Below are positions 20,014 to 30,818 of a DNA stretch of 64,000 nt, piece by piece. A program made the translations under genes and the position numbers. Each line of letters opens with the position of its first letter. The stretch's first letter is position 1. Below the pieces are notes generated by a model. That model worked only from the letters and a program-made list of their open reading frames with translations, was not told the DNA's origin and did not search any database. Source of the DNA: Bdellovibrionales bacterium (GTDB lineage Bacteria; Bdellovibrionota; Bdellovibrionia; Bdellovibrionales; UBA1609); contig OZ241877.1 of the NCBI GenBank assembly GCA_965203095.1, forward strand, positions 384,001-448,000. Direction: 5' to 3'.

Positions 20014-21351
20014 ATGAAAACCAAGCTGATAGGTCCTATTTTTACCTCTGTTATTGCTCTTGCCGTAGGGGCCTGGGCTTTTTATGAGTTTCAGCAATCC
20101 CAAAAAGATCAAGAGCAAAAAGAAAAAGCCTCCTCTTTGTTATCCTTGGAGTTAGAAGAGTTAAAATCCTTTCGCATTGTAAAAGAAGACAGCCAACTAA
20201 AGATCCTTAAAAAAGAGGAGCAATGGTTCTTAGAAGAACCGGTGCAGGATCGAGCTTCTTTTTCCGAAATCTCCCGATGGTTTGATGAGATCAAAAATCA
20301 AAAAGTTCAAAAAATACAAATAAAGGAGGATATAGACTGGAAAAGTTATCACCTGGACTCTTCTCCGATGGTGGAAATCCAAAGCTCCTCTAAAAAAATA
20401 TCCTTTTCCGTAAGCAAAAAAAGCTCTTTTGACGGAAAATATTTTATCAAAAAAGGGAAGGAGCTTTTTATTGGCGAATCTTATCTTCACTCTGAAGTGA
20501 ATCAAAAGGATTTTGAATCTTTCAGAAGCAAAAAACTTTTGCCTGCTTTTTTAGGCCATGCACAAAAAATCGAGTTCCAAGGGAAATGGAAAGGCACTCT
20601 TCATTGGAAAAATCACAAGTGGTCAATGGAAAACTTAAAAGGTCTCCCCTTAGACTCGGTCCGTTTGGATGGCTTTTGGACAGATTTGAGCAGTATGCAG
20701 GCAAAGGCTATTCATGAGGTTCTCTCCCCTTCCACTTTAAAAAAATACAACTTAAACAATCAAACAAAAATCACCTTTCACTATCCACAAAAAAAAATCC
20801 ATCTCCAAATCAGCCCTATTAAGGAGGGTTCTGCTTTTGTGACAGTATCTCATAGAAATTTTATTTTAGAGCTTTCAGAAGAATCGGCAAAAAAGCTGAT
20901 TTTATCTGATCAGGAAATAAGAGATCATGGCTTTCCCTTTGATTATGAAACAAGATCCATTGCTCAAATAGAGAGAAAAAGCAATAAAACCAGCTTTTCA
21001 ATTAAAAAAGAAAAAGGGGAATGGCAATCACTAAATAAGAAAGAGAAAGTGGATCCCAAACAAGTGAAACAGCTTTTAGATAAAATACAAAACTTAAGAG
21101 GTAAAAAATACAAAAAAGCAGAACCTTCAGCAAAAAGCCTAAGGGCCATTCAAATCAAAAATGCAAAAGCAGAGTTGATTTTTGAGTTAAAAGAGATTGC
21201 TACCAATAAACTCAACACTTGGCTAAAAACCAATTTATGGGCAGAAGAGATAGCTGTCCCTAAGAAAGATCTGGAAGACATACTAAATAAAAAAATCTTT
21301 CTCACTGATAAAACAAAAACTGAAGAGAAAAAAGATCTTAAAACACAATAA
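20014..21351 (+). CDS. DUF4340-domain protein
   Basis: N-terminal TM, repeated W..EEP/W..S units; fourth gene of the GldA/F/G module. Confidence 0.75.
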   Translation: MKTKLIGPIFTSVIALAVGAWAFYEFQQSQKDQEQKEKASSLLSLELEELKSFRIVKEDSQLKILKKEEQWFLEEPVQDRASFSEISRWFDEIKNQKVQKIQIKEDIDWKSYHLDSSPMVEIQSSSKKISFSVSKKSSFDGKYFIKKGKELFIGESYLHSEVNQKDFESFRSKKLLPAFLGHAQKIEFQGKWKGTLHWKNHKWSMENLKGLPLDSVRLDGFWTDLSSMQAKAIHEVLSPSTLKKYNLNNQTKITFHYPQKKIHLQISPIKEGSAFVTVSHRNFILELSEESAKKLILSDQEIRDHGFPFDYETRSIAQIERKSNKTSFSIKKEKGEWQSLNKKEKVDPKQVKQLLDKIQNLRGKKYKKAEPSAKSLRAIQIKNAKAELIFELKEIATNKLNTWLKTNLWAEEIAVPKKDLEDILNKKIFLTDKTKTEEKKDLKTQ

Positions 21352-21396
21352 GTCAGATTATTCCCACAGGTAAAAAGCTGATATTCCTCAAATACT

Positions 21397-22164
21397 CTAT
21401 CGGATCCCCCTAAAGATCCTTTTGCCTCTAAGGCTTAATGGATGGCACAAAATCCTTAAGGAAAAAAAAGATTCCTCACAACTGAGCCATATTCCAAAAG
21501 CTCTCCCCATGATATTGTCCATTGGCAAAGCCCCCCAATAACGACTGTCTTTAGATTCATCTCGGTTGTCCCCTAAAACAAAAACAGAGTCTTCGGGAAT
21601 TTTATAAACATCTGTAGCCCAGCGAGTATAAACTAAATGCCTTTGTATGATGCGATACCGGTGCTCCTCAGTCTCTTCCACAAAAAAATTATAACGGCTA
21701 TAGCTGGCCCCCAAACTTCTCTCACTCAGCTGATAAAATTCCTGGGAGTTTTTAGGATCGGCTATTTTTGAGCGAGTGAGTTTTTGGCTATTGAGCCACA
21801 CCTGCCCCTTTTCATCAATAAAAATAGTTTCACCCGGAAGGCCCACTACCCTTTTGACCATAAACTTTCGATCTTCGGTGGAACGAAAAACCACCACATC
21901 CCCCCTTTTAGGAATAGCTCTCCTCCACAGATACTTTTTTGTGAAAGGATAACGGATCCCATAAGCCATCTTGCTCACTGCAATATGATCTCTAATTAAG
22001 AGGCTGGGGATCATACTCCCGGAGGGTATTACAAAAGGTTCTATAAATAACCAACGAAAAGCCAAAATTAAAAGGACCAGCCCCGCTGTAGAGCTAAAGC
22101 TTTTAAGCAATTCAATAAATAAATTCTTTTTCTTTTTTTTTATATTTTTTTTTGATTTAGACAT
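21397..22164 (-). CDS. lepB: Signal peptidase I
   Basis: IPSGSMIPSL, RGDVVVF, VKRVVGLPG, GDNRDESKDSR; start moved to the ATG with a GAGG RBS. Confidence 0.95.
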   Translation of the reverse strand: MSKSKKNIKKKKKNLFIELLKSFSSTAGLVLLILAFRWLFIEPFVIPSGSMIPSLLIRDHIAVSKMAYGIRYPFTKKYLWRRAIPKRGDVVVFRSTEDRKFMVKRVVGLPGETIFIDEKGQVWLNSQKLTRSKIADPKNSQEFYQLSERSLGASYSRYNFFVEETEEHRYRIIQRHLVYTRWATDVYKIPEDSVFVLGDNRDESKDSRYWGALPMDNIMGRAFGIWLSCEESFFSLRILCHPLSLRGKRIFRGIR

Positions 22165-22261
22165 TAAAACCTCTGTTTGCAAAAGGTGAAAAATGAACTC
22201 AATGCCTCTTGCCTGTAAAAGCAAAGGCTTTAAAAGTCAAGTTTTTTATAGGTTAAAATTA

Positions 22262-22963
22262 TCAGGTTTTTCCCTCTTTTTCCAAAAAATCCACAGTGGA
22301 GGGAAGGCTTTTTAAAACATCTTTGATTTTTTTGTTCTCTTGTTCGTCTTTTTGATAGGGGATTTTAACTGAACTTTTGAGATCTGGAGGCAGGGCTTGC
22401 AAGCCTTGGTCTTGAGAGCTGGCCTCACTTGTTAAAAGCTCTTCAATTTCTTCTTGAGAGGGCAGATCTTTTAAGCTTTCCATACCAAAGACTTCTAAAA
22501 ATTTATGGCTGGTTTTGTAAAGGGAGGCTCTTCCGGGAAGATCACTTCTCCCAGATATTCGGATAAGCTCTTTTTCCATAAGGGATCGAAGGAGATGGCC
22601 GGAATCCATCCCGCGAATTTCATCAATTTCCATTTTAGAACAAGGTTGTTCAAAAGCGACAATGGCTAAAACCTCTAAACTGGGGCGAGAGAGGCGGAAC
22701 CGGCCCTTGGTTTTGATTTTTAAAAGATAAGCTTTGTTTTCTGTTTTGGTTTTGAGTTGCCAGCCTTTGCTTGTTTTTGCCAAACAGATACCTCGATCGT
22801 CCTGGGAGTAGGATTTTTTAAGCTCCTTTAAAAGGGCCTTCAGCTCCTGGGGAGAAAGCTCCCCTTTAAAAAGAATCTCAAAATCACTTAAAGGCCGAGG
22901 CTCAAGGCTCATAAAAAGTAGGCTTTCTATTACAGAAAAGGCTTTGTTTTTAGAAATTTTCAT
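22262..22963 (-). CDS. scpB: SMC-Scp complex subunit ScpB
   Basis: IESLLF, LSRPSLEVLAIVAFEQP…IDEIRG, FLEVFG…L.DLP. Confidence 0.92.
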   Translation of the reverse strand: MKISKNKAFSVIESLLFMSLEPRPLSDFEILFKGELSPQELKALLKELKKSYSQDDRGICLAKTSKGWQLKTKTENKAYLLKIKTKGRFRLSRPSLEVLAIVAFEQPCSKMEIDEIRGMDSGHLLRSLMEKELIRISGRSDLPGRASLYKTSHKFLEVFGMESLKDLPSQEEIEELLTSEASSQDQGLQALPPDLKSSVKIPYQKDEQENKKIKDVLKSLPSTVDFLEKEGKT

Positions 22964-23813
22964 AATTTTCCTTAGCTGTCTCTATGGAGAGATTTTTGAT
23001 TCCCATTTTTGTAATTGTTTTTTTAACAAGGATTTCTATTTTTGAAAATGGCTTTTTTTGAAAAAGTGAAACAAAGCCCGACTTAGACAGCTCTAAAATG
23101 GAGAGAAAACTTAACAGCCGGCTTTGTTTTTCCTCCCTTTGGCGAATCAGTTGGCTAAGCGGGAGGCGAACCCCCACAATGAGCTCTGCCCCTATACGCT
23201 TTATATGGCTTAAAAGGCTGGGAAAAGCCTTTGGGATCTTATAATTCTCCCTGGATTTTTTATCCATAAGCTTTTGGTGATAGGCTTGAGTGAGCCAAGA
23301 AAGGGCCATCTCTTTGTCCACTTCAATTTTTGTCTCTCTTTCCAGCTTTGATTTGAGAGATCGAGGGCTTTTCCAACAGTCTCTTCCTAAGATGACCCTA
23401 CTATATAAAAGCATTCCCACTTTTTGAAATTTTTGGCAAAGAGCCATCCGCCGGGACAATTTATTTTTTAATTCAGAAAGCTCTGGCCCTTCCTCCAGTT
23501 CTTTTTTAGGGAGCAGTTCTTTAGATTTGATATAAAGCAACCAACTGGCCATGCGGATAAAATCTCCGGCATCTTCCAGATCCGCCCCTTCTTTTTTCTG
23601 GAGGGAGCTTATATATCGGCAAGTAATGGAATGAATATCAATTTGCAAAATGTCCCTCTCCCGTTTTCGCACAAGATCTATCAAAAGATCCAAAGGCTCA
23701 AGCTGAGATTTTGTTGGAGTTAAAAAAGAAGTGGGGTTTTGCTCTTTCATATTTAACATTGTTTTATATATACAGCTTTGCTTTGGTTTTTCAAGAAGAT
23801 ATTTTTGCCTCAA
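22950..23813 (-). CDS. scpA: Segregation/condensation protein ScpA (start uncertain)
   Basis: PLDLLIDLV, DFIRMASWLLYIKSKELLP, FLSILEL; adjacent to scpB. Confidence 0.88.
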   Translation of the reverse strand: MRQKYLLEKPKQSCIYKTMLNMKEQNPTSFLTPTKSQLEPLDLLIDLVRKRERDILQIDIHSITCRYISSLQKKEGADLEDAGDFIRMASWLLYIKSKELLPKKELEEGPELSELKNKLSRRMALCQKFQKVGMLLYSRVILGRDCWKSPRSLKSKLERETKIEVDKEMALSWLTQAYHQKLMDKKSRENYKIPKAFPSLLSHIKRIGAELIVGVRLPLSQLIRQREEKQSRLLSFLSILELSKSGFVSLFQKKPFSKIEILVKKTITKMGIKNLSIETAKENYENF

Positions 23814-23885
23814 AACCCTCGGATTTTTTAGCCCGCTTTGCAGAGAACTATCCTCTTAACTGCTTTTATCCAAAGAAACTACAAA

Positions 23886-24019
23886 GTTGCCTATAAAAAA
23901 TCTCTTGTTTTTTATCGCATAAGCAAAAGCCAGCAGTGAGGGTCCAAGGTATTGCCGTCCCGAACAAGCTGGACTTTTGCTTATGCGATCTATTAAATAT
24001 AGACTTTTTCACGGGCGAC
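23886..24019. mobile_element. Short (134-bp) variant of the palindromic MITE-like family
   Basis: Degenerate left TIR gttgcctataaaaaa, right TIR tttttcacgggcgac, central hairpin atcgcataagcaaaag-ccagc…gctgg-acttttgcttatgcgat enclosing the 27-nt core at 23938-23964. Confidence 0.75.
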
Positions 24020-24080
24020 TAAAGAATAATGCTTTAATGACTGGACTTTTTCACATGCCACTATTTATATCTTAGGATCT

Positions 24081-25199
24081 ATGAGCCTTATACAGGAAGT
24101 GAAAAACCATAACCCCTTTTTTTTGGCCCCAATGGCTGGGGTGACAGTCCCGCCCTTTCGTGCTTTTATGCGGGAAATGGGCTGTGGTGTCATTACCTCT
24201 GAGCTGGTATCTGCTCGTGCCCTTAAAGACAAAAATCAAAAAACACTTCAGCTTATGGAGTTTTCTGCAAGCCAAAAGCCTTATGGGATTCAGCTCTTTG
24301 GGGAAGACCCCTTAATTATTGCTGAAGGGGCCCAGCAAGCGGAAGACTTTGGTGCGGATTTTATAGATTTAAATTTGGGTTGCCCGGTAAATAAAATTAT
24401 TAAAAAAGGAGCGGGTTCTGCCCTTCTAAAGGATTTAAAAAAGCTTTCAAAAATTTTGCACTCACTTAAATCCAGTGTTAAAATTCCTGTCACATTAAAA
24501 GTCAGAACGGGTTGGGATAGTCAAAGCCTCAATGCCGATCAAGTGGCTCGAATAGCTTTTGAAGAGGGTTTTTCTTGGATGAGCATTCACGGTCGGACCC
24601 GCTCTCAGGCTTACTCCGGAAAAGCGGATTGGAATTATATTAAAGAGGTTAAATCCCGTTCTTCTATTCCTATTGTGGGTAATGGCGATTTGATTTCCGG
24701 AGCTATGGCTTTTTCAGCCTTGTGTTTTAGTGGTTGCGATGGGGTGATGATCGGGAGAGGTTGCTTAAATGACCCTTGGATTTTTTTATCCGCTTTAGAA
24801 CTGTTGAAGAAAAATCGCTCAATGGCAGAGGGGGTAGGTTCTCCCCGCGAAAAAACAATGGATGGGGAAGAGAAAAGCACCTGGATTGGCCCCAACAAAA
24901 ACAATATAACACTTGATTTTATTAGTCCAAAAGGCAAAAACTTTAAATTGGTAATGGATCGGTTAAAAAATCACTTGGAGGAATTTTATGATGAGCGACT
25001 CTTCCTTTTACAGATTAAAAAGTTTTCTGCATGGTTTTCTGCCGGCTTTCCCCACTCGACAGAATTTCGAAAATCTCTTTTTCAGGAAAAAGACAAACAG
25101 ATAGCCTTGCAAAAAATTGATGAATTTTTTACAGAGGTTCAAGATGAACAAAAGCCCCCTCCAGTTTATGAGCCTTTTTTAATGAAAGGGCATGGATAG
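24081..25199 (+). CDS. tRNA-dihydrouridine synthase (DusB-like)
   Basis: LAPMAGVT, QLFG, DLNLGCP, TLKVRTGW, IHGRT, GNGD, GVMIGRG. Confidence 0.92.
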   Translation: MSLIQEVKNHNPFFLAPMAGVTVPPFRAFMREMGCGVITSELVSARALKDKNQKTLQLMEFSASQKPYGIQLFGEDPLIIAEGAQQAEDFGADFIDLNLGCPVNKIIKKGAGSALLKDLKKLSKILHSLKSSVKIPVTLKVRTGWDSQSLNADQVARIAFEEGFSWMSIHGRTRSQAYSGKADWNYIKEVKSRSSIPIVGNGDLISGAMAFSALCFSGCDGVMIGRGCLNDPWIFLSALELLKKNRSMAEGVGSPREKTMDGEEKSTWIGPNKNNITLDFISPKGKNFKLVMDRLKNHLEEFYDERLFLLQIKKFSAWFSAGFPHSTEFRKSLFQEKDKQIALQKIDEFFTEVQDEQKPPPVYEPFLMKGHG

Positions 25200-25210
25200 T
25201 TTATTTAGGT

Positions 25211-25235
25211 GGATTCCCGCTTTCGCGGGAATGAC
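25211..25235. repeat. dRS3-like palindrome GGATTCCCGCTTTCGCGGGAATGAC
   Basis: Exact ATTCCC-N8-GGGAAT pattern. Confidence 0.85.
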
Positions 25236-25269
25236 TTGCTTTCGCGGAGGGCTATTTTAGAGGTTTGTT

Positions 25270-27258
25270 ATGAATGGAGTAAAAAAATTTCAGTTAAAAT
25301 CTCCTTTTTCTCCTAAAGGGGATCAGCCTCAAGCTATAAAGCAGTTATGCAATAATTTTAAAAACAAAATCAAAAGGCAAACCCTATTGGGTGTGACAGG
25401 TTCCGGAAAAACATTAACTATGGCTCATGTAATAAAAAATCTGAATGAACCGGCCCTGGTTTTAGCCCCTAACAAAACTTTGGCCGCCCAGTTGTTTGTA
25501 GAATTTAAAGAGCTTTTCCCAAAAAATGCTGTAGAATATTTTGTGAGCTATTATGATTACTATCAACCAGAAGCCTATATCCCCTCAACCAATACTTATA
25601 TTGAAAAGGATGCCTCCATTAACGAGCAAATTGATTTGATGAGGCATTCGGCCACAAGATCTCTTTTAGAGCAAAAAAATGTTATTATTGTTAGCAGTAT
25701 TTCCTGCATTTACGGCCTGGGTAGCCCCTTGCAATATGAGCAGTTATCCATTTCGTTGGAAAAAAACCAAAACATAGTGAGAGAGGATCTGTTGAAAAAA
25801 TTAGTGAACATTCAATACAAGAGATCAGATGCAGATTTTTACAGAGGGACTTTCCGGTGCCGAGGCGATGTGGTGGATATTTTTCCCGCTTATGAGGACA
25901 GCAGGGCTTTGCGAGTGGAGTTTTTTGGTGACTATATAGATTCTCTCAAGATTTTTGATCCTTTAACTGGAGGTTCTACAAAGGAAGTTCTGTTATCTAA
26001 AATTTATCCGGCCAGCCATTATGTCAGTGCGAAGGAAAGGGTCCGCCAGGCCATAGAGCAGATCCAGGAAGAATTAAAAAAACATCTTTTGGTTTTAGAA
26101 AAAGAAAAAAAGATAGAGGAAAGAGATCGCCTCCAACAAAGAACACTTTACGACTTGGAGATTCTTTCTGAAATGGGGACTTGCCCCGGAGTGGAAAACT
26201 ACTCTCGCCATCTGACCGGACGAAAACCGGGCCAGCCACCACCCACTTTGTTAGAGTATTTTCCAAAAAAATTTATTAGCTTTATTGATGAAAGCCATAT
26301 CAGCATCCCCCAAGCGGGTGGAATGTTCCGAGGGGACAGGAATCGAAAACTCACATTAGTGCAACATGGTTATAGGTTGCCTTCCGCTTTAGATAACCGT
26401 CCGCTCAATTTTCAAGAGTTTGAAAACAGTTGGGATAAGGTGGTTTTTGTCTCTGCCACACCGGGGGATTATGAGTTAAAAAACAGTAAAGCGGTTGTAG
26501 AGCAAATTATCCGCCCCACAGGGCTTTTAGATCCTAAAATTTTTGTTCGCCCGGCAAAGGGCCAAGTTGATGATCTTTTAGAAGAGATTAAAAAAAGAGT
26601 TGAGAGAAAAGAACGATCTCTCGTCACCACCCTTACAAAAAAAATGGCTGAAAAGCTCACAAGCTATTACCAAAACCTTAACATAAAAACAAAATATTTG
26701 CACAGTGACATAAAAACTATAGAGAGAACAGAGATTCTGGGAGATCTAAGAGCTGGTGTTTTTGATGTCCTGGTGGGGATCAATTTGTTAAGGGAGGGTT
26801 TAGATCTTCCGGAAGTCAGCCTTGTAGCGGTTTTTGACTGTGACAAAGAGGGTTTTTTGCGATCGGAGAGATCCCTCATTCAAATTATTGGCCGGTCCGC
26901 TCGAAACCTTAATGGAATTGTGATACTTTATGCAGATCGCAGGACAGAATCCATGAAAAAAGCCATTAAAGAAACCGAACGGCGAAGAAAGATCCAGCAA
27001 TCTCACAACAAGCAAAAAGGCATTCGTCCTCAGTCTGTCAAAAAGCTTTTAAGAAAAGGCCTTGCGGAAATTTACGGTTTTGCCCCACAAGAACCTGAAA
27101 TTTTAAAATCAAAATGGCCAGAGAGCAAAGTGAGAGAAAAAATCAAAAAGCTGAAAAAACAGATGCAAAAGGCCGCTAACAGTTTAGATTTTGAGCAGGC
27201 GGCCCGGCTAAGAGATCGCATTAAAGGCTTGGAGTTAAAAGAGATGGATATGTCTTAA
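25270..27258 (+). CDS. uvrB: Excinuclease ABC subunit B
   Basis: GDQPQAI, GVTGSGKT, YYDYYQPEAY, DESH, SALDNRPL, C-terminal UVR domain. Confidence 0.98.
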   Translation: MNGVKKFQLKSPFSPKGDQPQAIKQLCNNFKNKIKRQTLLGVTGSGKTLTMAHVIKNLNEPALVLAPNKTLAAQLFVEFKELFPKNAVEYFVSYYDYYQPEAYIPSTNTYIEKDASINEQIDLMRHSATRSLLEQKNVIIVSSISCIYGLGSPLQYEQLSISLEKNQNIVREDLLKKLVNIQYKRSDADFYRGTFRCRGDVVDIFPAYEDSRALRVEFFGDYIDSLKIFDPLTGGSTKEVLLSKIYPASHYVSAKERVRQAIEQIQEELKKHLLVLEKEKKIEERDRLQQRTLYDLEILSEMGTCPGVENYSRHLTGRKPGQPPPTLLEYFPKKFISFIDESHISIPQAGGMFRGDRNRKLTLVQHGYRLPSALDNRPLNFQEFENSWDKVVFVSATPGDYELKNSKAVVEQIIRPTGLLDPKIFVRPAKGQVDDLLEEIKKRVERKERSLVTTLTKKMAEKLTSYYQNLNIKTKYLHSDIKTIERTEILGDLRAGVFDVLVGINLLREGLDLPEVSLVAVFDCDKEGFLRSERSLIQIIGRSARNLNGIVILYADRRTESMKKAIKETERRRKIQQSHNKQKGIRPQSVKKLLRKGLAEIYGFAPQEPEILKSKWPESKVREKIKKLKKQMQKAANSLDFEQAARLRDRIKGLELKEMDMS

Positions 27259-27277
27259 ATTAAAGTCAGAGATTTAG

Positions 27278-27325
27278 GTTTTGTGGGGAATGTGGCTTTT
27301 CTGGATTCCCGCTTTCACGAAATTT
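27278..27325. repeat. Degenerate dRS3-like/long-repeat fragment
   Basis: gttttgtggggaatgtggcttttctggattcccgctttcacg resembles the module at 36086-36125. Confidence 0.55.
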
Positions 27326-27332
27326 GCAAGAG

Positions 27333-28832
27333 TCATTTCATTTGAATAGTCATGTTGGCTTGGCTCTCTTCCCCTGTCTCAAACCAACGGGCACTGATGG
27401 TTTTGGTTTCTGTCCAAAAGCGAATGGCCTGCTTGCCGTAAGCGTGCAAATCACCGTAAAAAGAGTCCTTCCATCCTGTAAAAGAGAAAAAAGGTAAGGG
27501 GACAGGTATAGGCAAATTGATGCCCACTTGACCCACTTCCACTTCGTGTTGAAATCGGCGAGCCATTCCTCCAGAATTTGTGAAAATAGAAGTCCCATTG
27601 CCATAAGGATTTTTGTTAATGAGCTGGATGGCTGAGGAAAGATTTTTTACTCGGACACATAAAAGAACAGGGCCAAAAATTTCTTCTTTATAAATGCTCA
27701 TCTCTGGAGTCACATGGTCAAAAAGTGTGGGGCCAACAAAATTCCCCTCCGGCCACTCTTTTACTCGGTAGTTTGAGCCATCCAAAAGCAAAGTCGCCCC
27801 CTCAGCCCGGCCCTCCGCTATCAAAGACAAAACCCTCTGGCGAGCCTCTTTAGATATGAGTGGGCCAAAATCCGCCCTTTTATCTCTCCAACTGCCAGGC
27901 TTTAGCTGGGCCATTTCCGCCTTTAACTCCGGAATCCAACGGCAGGAATCACCAACAAAAACCGCTACACTGATAGCCATGCACCTTTGGCCGGCAGAAC
28001 CGCAACTGGCCCCTACAAGGGCATGTATCAGCTTTTTTTTATTGGCATCCGGCAAAGCCACAAGGTGATTTTTAGCCCCAGAAAAAGCTTGTGCCCTTTT
28101 TAAATTGTGTGTGGCTTTCCTATAAACCGATCGGGCCACCTGAGCCGAACCCACAAAAGACACTGCCCGAATATCGGGGTGCTCTAAAATCTGATCCACT
28201 TGATCCCTCCCACCATGAATAACATTTAAAAGCCCTTTGGGAAAACCGCATTCTTGAAAAAGCTCAGCCAGTTTATTTGCTGTTAAAGGGTCTTGCTCAG
28301 AAGGTTTTAGAATAAAAGAATTTCCACAAGCTATAGATAGAGGGAACATCCACAAAGGGATCATTGCGGGAAAATTAAAAGGTGTAATGCCAGCACAAGG
28401 ACCTATAGGTTGAATGAGGGAATATGTGTCTATCCGGCGGGAGACATTTTCCACTGTTTCACCCATCATCAGGGAGGGGATCTGCCCAGCCAACTCCACA
28501 ACCTCAATCCCTCGCCAAACATCCCCCTTAGCATCTTCAAAAGTTTTCCCGTTGTCCTCAGATAAAATACGGGCAATATCCTCTTCATGTTTTTTTAAAA
28601 GGGCTTGATATTTTAAGAAAAAACGGGCTCTTTCCGGAACAGGCACCTCCCTCCACTCCATAAAAGCCTCCTTAGCCTTTTTTACAGCCTGATCAATTTC
28701 CCGCTTTTCAGCATAAGGAACATAAGCCAGCCGTTTATTTGTGGAAGGATCTAAAATTGCTTTTTTCTCTAAAGAACTGCTCTTCACAAATTCCCCTCCA
28801 ATAAAAAGAGGAATACTTTTTTTATTGTCCAT
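27333..28832 (-). CDS. mmsA: CoA-acylating methylmalonate-semialdehyde dehydrogenase
   Basis: [45 protein letters not shown]. Confidence 0.95.
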   Translation of the reverse strand: MDNKKSIPLFIGGEFVKSSSLEKKAILDPSTNKRLAYVPYAEKREIDQAVKKAKEAFMEWREVPVPERARFFLKYQALLKKHEEDIARILSEDNGKTFEDAKGDVWRGIEVVELAGQIPSLMMGETVENVSRRIDTYSLIQPIGPCAGITPFNFPAMIPLWMFPLSIACGNSFILKPSEQDPLTANKLAELFQECGFPKGLLNVIHGGRDQVDQILEHPDIRAVSFVGSAQVARSVYRKATHNLKRAQAFSGAKNHLVALPDANKKKLIHALVGASCGSAGQRCMAISVAVFVGDSCRWIPELKAEMAQLKPGSWRDKRADFGPLISKEARQRVLSLIAEGRAEGATLLLDGSNYRVKEWPEGNFVGPTLFDHVTPEMSIYKEEIFGPVLLCVRVKNLSSAIQLINKNPYGNGTSIFTNSGGMARRFQHEVEVGQVGINLPIPVPLPFFSFTGWKDSFYGDLHAYGKQAIRFWTETKTISARWFETGEESQANMTIQMK

Positions 28833-28872
28833 TATGTTCTCCTGAAACTAAAAAACCTTTGCCAAGCCAATT

Positions 28873-29889
28873 TTAAGATCCATTAACGGATGAAGCAAAA
28901 CCTTTGAAAAATGCTCCCTCTTTATCCGATGGCCGGTATTCAAACTTGGGTTCTCCAAAATTACAATAGCTGGAGTAAATAAACAAGGGATGATCCCCCT
29001 CTTTTCTACCACTCATGCCCTCACACATAAATTTTAATTCGTTAAAAAGGCAAAATTGCTCTGTCTCATAACTATTGCATTTTAAATGATTCCCAGTGAG
29101 AAATTTATTTAATGAATTTAAGTTAATGACTCTGGTCTCTGTCTTCGTGCCTGAGTAAAGAACACCCACCACCTCATTTTTCTCATTAAATACGGGGCTC
29201 CCGCTGGCACCGGAGAAGTCATCACCTTGATACTGATCATTATCCACTTTAAAAGAGTATTTATCCACACCCTCAGCTTGCCCTATCAATTGCCTTTTAA
29301 TAATAAAATGGCCCGGATAACCTATGTTAAACAAATATTTATACCTTGTCTCTTTTTCTCGGCTAATAGACAAATAGTGCTCTACAGGCGATTCGCTCTC
29401 TAAAAAAGCCAGATCATATATGGCAGAAACTGCTGAAATATGAGCCTTCATCCCATTTATTTCCTGATTGTCCTCATGATCACTATGCAGGCTCAAGCTT
29501 AAGGAAACCGATTCAATTTCTGGACGACTATTTTTCAAGCTCTCAATAGAATCTTTGTTTAAAAAACCACTGATGACATGAAAATTAGTGATGATCTGCC
29601 GGGGGTTGACAAAAAAACCGGTGCCGTGAGAGAGTTTTTCTGTCCGAGTTCTGGTCTGTTTTTCCCTGGTGGGGGATCCCCCTTTAACGGGATAAATATA
29701 ATAACTTTCGGTAATTACTAAATTGAGTCTCACTTCCCAAACAGCTCTCTCCACAGTGTCAAAATCAGGAGCTATAGGTTTTTTTTGCTCCATAAAATTC
29801 CCTGGTGAGGAATGGCTGGCCTGATAAATCATGGGATTACGACAATGAGAAAAAACAAAAAATAAAATAAAAAACCCAAGCCATCTCAT
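28873..29889 (-). CDS. Trypsin-like (S1) serine protease, probable lipoprotein
   Basis: GTGFFV…TNFHV (His), YDLA (Asp), GASGSPV (Ser); lipobox-like FSHC. Confidence 0.85.
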   Translation of the reverse strand: MRWLGFFILFFVFSHCRNPMIYQASHSSPGNFMEQKKPIAPDFDTVERAVWEVRLNLVITESYYIYPVKGGSPTREKQTRTRTEKLSHGTGFFVNPRQIITNFHVISGFLNKDSIESLKNSRPEIESVSLSLSLHSDHEDNQEINGMKAHISAVSAIYDLAFLESESPVEHYLSISREKETRYKYLFNIGYPGHFIIKRQLIGQAEGVDKYSFKVDNDQYQGDDFSGASGSPVFNEKNEVVGVLYSGTKTETRVINLNSLNKFLTGNHLKCNSYETEQFCLFNELKFMCEGMSGRKEGDHPLFIYSSYCNFGEPKFEYRPSDKEGAFFKGFASSVNGS

Positions 29890-29931
29890 AACATTTTATC
29901 GGTCCTAATAAAAACTCTCAGATTTGCAAGT

Positions 29932-30591
29932 TTAAATTTTAAACTTTTTTCTCCATTCCTGAATTTGTCCATTACTATGAACGGCATCCTTACCTGCCGA
30001 GTCCGCCCAAGACAAAATCTCTTCGGCTTTATCCATACGATTGTGAGAAACCAAAACCTCTAAATAAGACTCCATAATGGTCACCATTAAAACATGGGGG
30101 CGACTTCGCAATATGGAATCAAAATACTGAATGGCCGATTCAATATCCCCTGTTTTGGCCAAACAGTGAGCGTAGTAATAAGCGGCTTTATAGCTCTGCC
30201 CTTTTTTTGAAAAATAAAGTCTATAAGTTTTTTTGGCCTCAGAGATTTTTTCTCTTTTAAATTGAAGTTCTCCTAACTTTTCTAAAAAAGCTATATCCTC
30301 TGTTTTTTTAAAAAGCTTCCCGTAATTTTTCTCCATACAGTCATATTTTTTTAAATCCGAACATATTTCCACTTTTTTAGAAGGACCAGCAAAAAACACG
30401 GCAAAGCCATGTGATCCCCATTGGAAGAAATGAAACAAAAAGCCTGAAACTAAGGTGAAGGCCAAAACCATACCTATAATGACTGTTTTTTGAGAGGCCT
30501 CCTCTCTTTTAGAATATGTCCAGCCACACTTACATATTAAAGTATCGCTCACTCGCTCTGTGAGGTTTCCGCATCTGGGACAATTTTTCAT
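29932..30591 (-). CDS. Zinc-ribbon + TM + TPR protein
   Basis: CPRC…CKC N-terminus, one TM, TPR-like YYYAHCLAKTGDIESAIQYF. Confidence 0.7.
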   Translation of the reverse strand: MKNCPRCGNLTERVSDTLICKCGWTYSKREEASQKTVIIGMVLAFTLVSGFLFHFFQWGSHGFAVFFAGPSKKVEICSDLKKYDCMEKNYGKLFKKTEDIAFLEKLGELQFKREKISEAKKTYRLYFSKKGQSYKAAYYYAHCLAKTGDIESAIQYFDSILRSRPHVLMVTIMESYLEVLVSHNRMDKAEEILSWADSAGKDAVHSNGQIQEWRKKFKI

Positions 30592-30818
30592 AAATCACTC
30601 CTTGATTTTTTTTATTTGCCTATGACTTATAAATCGGAAATTTAATTTCAGACCTTTAATAAAAATTGCCAGTTTTTTATGAAAAAGCTAAAAAAAATGT
30701 GTGAGAAGGGCAAAAAATAATTTTTCCTGCCTCCGGCCCCACTTTGTGAGAGAATATAGTCCTTCCCACTAAACCAGTCCCTCGTAAAAAAACCTGCCCA
30801 AAAGTCCAGAAAAAGCTT

